From NCBI GenBank assembly GCA_038087875.1, contig CM075988.1, positions 3,410,001-3,474,000 of the forward strand: a DNA stretch of 64,000 nt, given 5' to 3'. A program made the position numbers and the translations under genes. The notes under the pieces were generated by a model. The model was not told the origin of the DNA and did no database searches. It saw only the letters and a list, made by a program, of their open reading frames with translations. Shown piece by piece: positions 63,436 through 64,000 of this stretch. The DNA is from Malacoraja senta (taxonomy: Eukaryota). Each line of letters opens with the position of its first letter. The first letter of the stretch is position 1.

Positions 63436-64000
63436 AGTAGAGATTTAAGAGTGTGGGGCGATTGTAATATGTGGTTGTATCTGCTTCTGTGGCTAGCACA
63501 CAAATAGTCGCCTACGTAGGGCGCCATCGTGGAAGCAGTCTGTGGTGAAAGAACACCTGAGTTAATATCACAGCTCAATGACCTTTCATCAGAACTGGAC
63601 AGTTCCACCCAGTGGAACCGTAAGAAATAGAGGCAAGAGAAGAAATTGTCCACCTGTGCTTATGCTCTCATTTAATTTTCCTGCTGAACTTTGACCCCAA
63701 TGCCACTTTTCTGCACTTGCGTTTGACACAGAACAGTACAGCACACGGACAGGCCCCTCAGCCCACAATGTCGGTACCCAATATGATGCCGTTAAACTAA
63801 CTCCTCTGTCTGCCCATGATCCAGACCACTCCACACTCGGTATATCCGTATGCATACCAAAAAGCCTCTTAAATATCTGCCCTCATCACCAGCCCCCAGC
63901 AACAGATTCCAGTCATCCACCATCCTCTGTGTAAAAACTTGCCCCGGACCTCTTTGCCTCTCTCACTTTAAAGCTATGATCTTTAGACAATAGACAATAG

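Overview
Repeat-dense vertebrate genomic DNA, almost certainly from a cartilaginous fish (skate/ray-type HE1/V-SINEs, CR1/HER1 LINEs and Penelope-derived short elements), so most of the six-frame ORF track is spurious or transposon-derived. The window holds the 5' and central part of one + strand multi-exon gene, an alpha-2,3-sialyltransferase most like ST3GAL4. Its parts are a CpG-rich promoter with a first-exon donor at 613/614, three homologous 36-nt ATG-bearing micro-exons (8472, 9179, 13035), and five exons that splice in frame (16442-16501, 18379-18479, 28617-28677, 35358-35453, 54194-54383) and encode the stem and sialylmotif L. I could not find the transmembrane exon or the 3' exons (motifs S/III/VS). 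The introns contain two head-to-head DIRS tyrosine-recombinase retroelements with complete ITR/ICR ends, a HERO RLE-retrotransposon remnant inside a ~395-bp direct repeat, L1, Tx1, Rex1/Babar and CR1 fragments, Harbinger-like MITEs and Helitrons. There are also many Penelope-derived mini-elements carrying minimal hammerhead-ribozyme cores. The most unusual structures are the triplicated start-codon exon cassette and a multi-kb inverted duplication (56.2-63.4 kb, mirroring parts of 19.5-30.0 kb) that contains an antisense copy of a coding exon and brackets the two catalytic exons.
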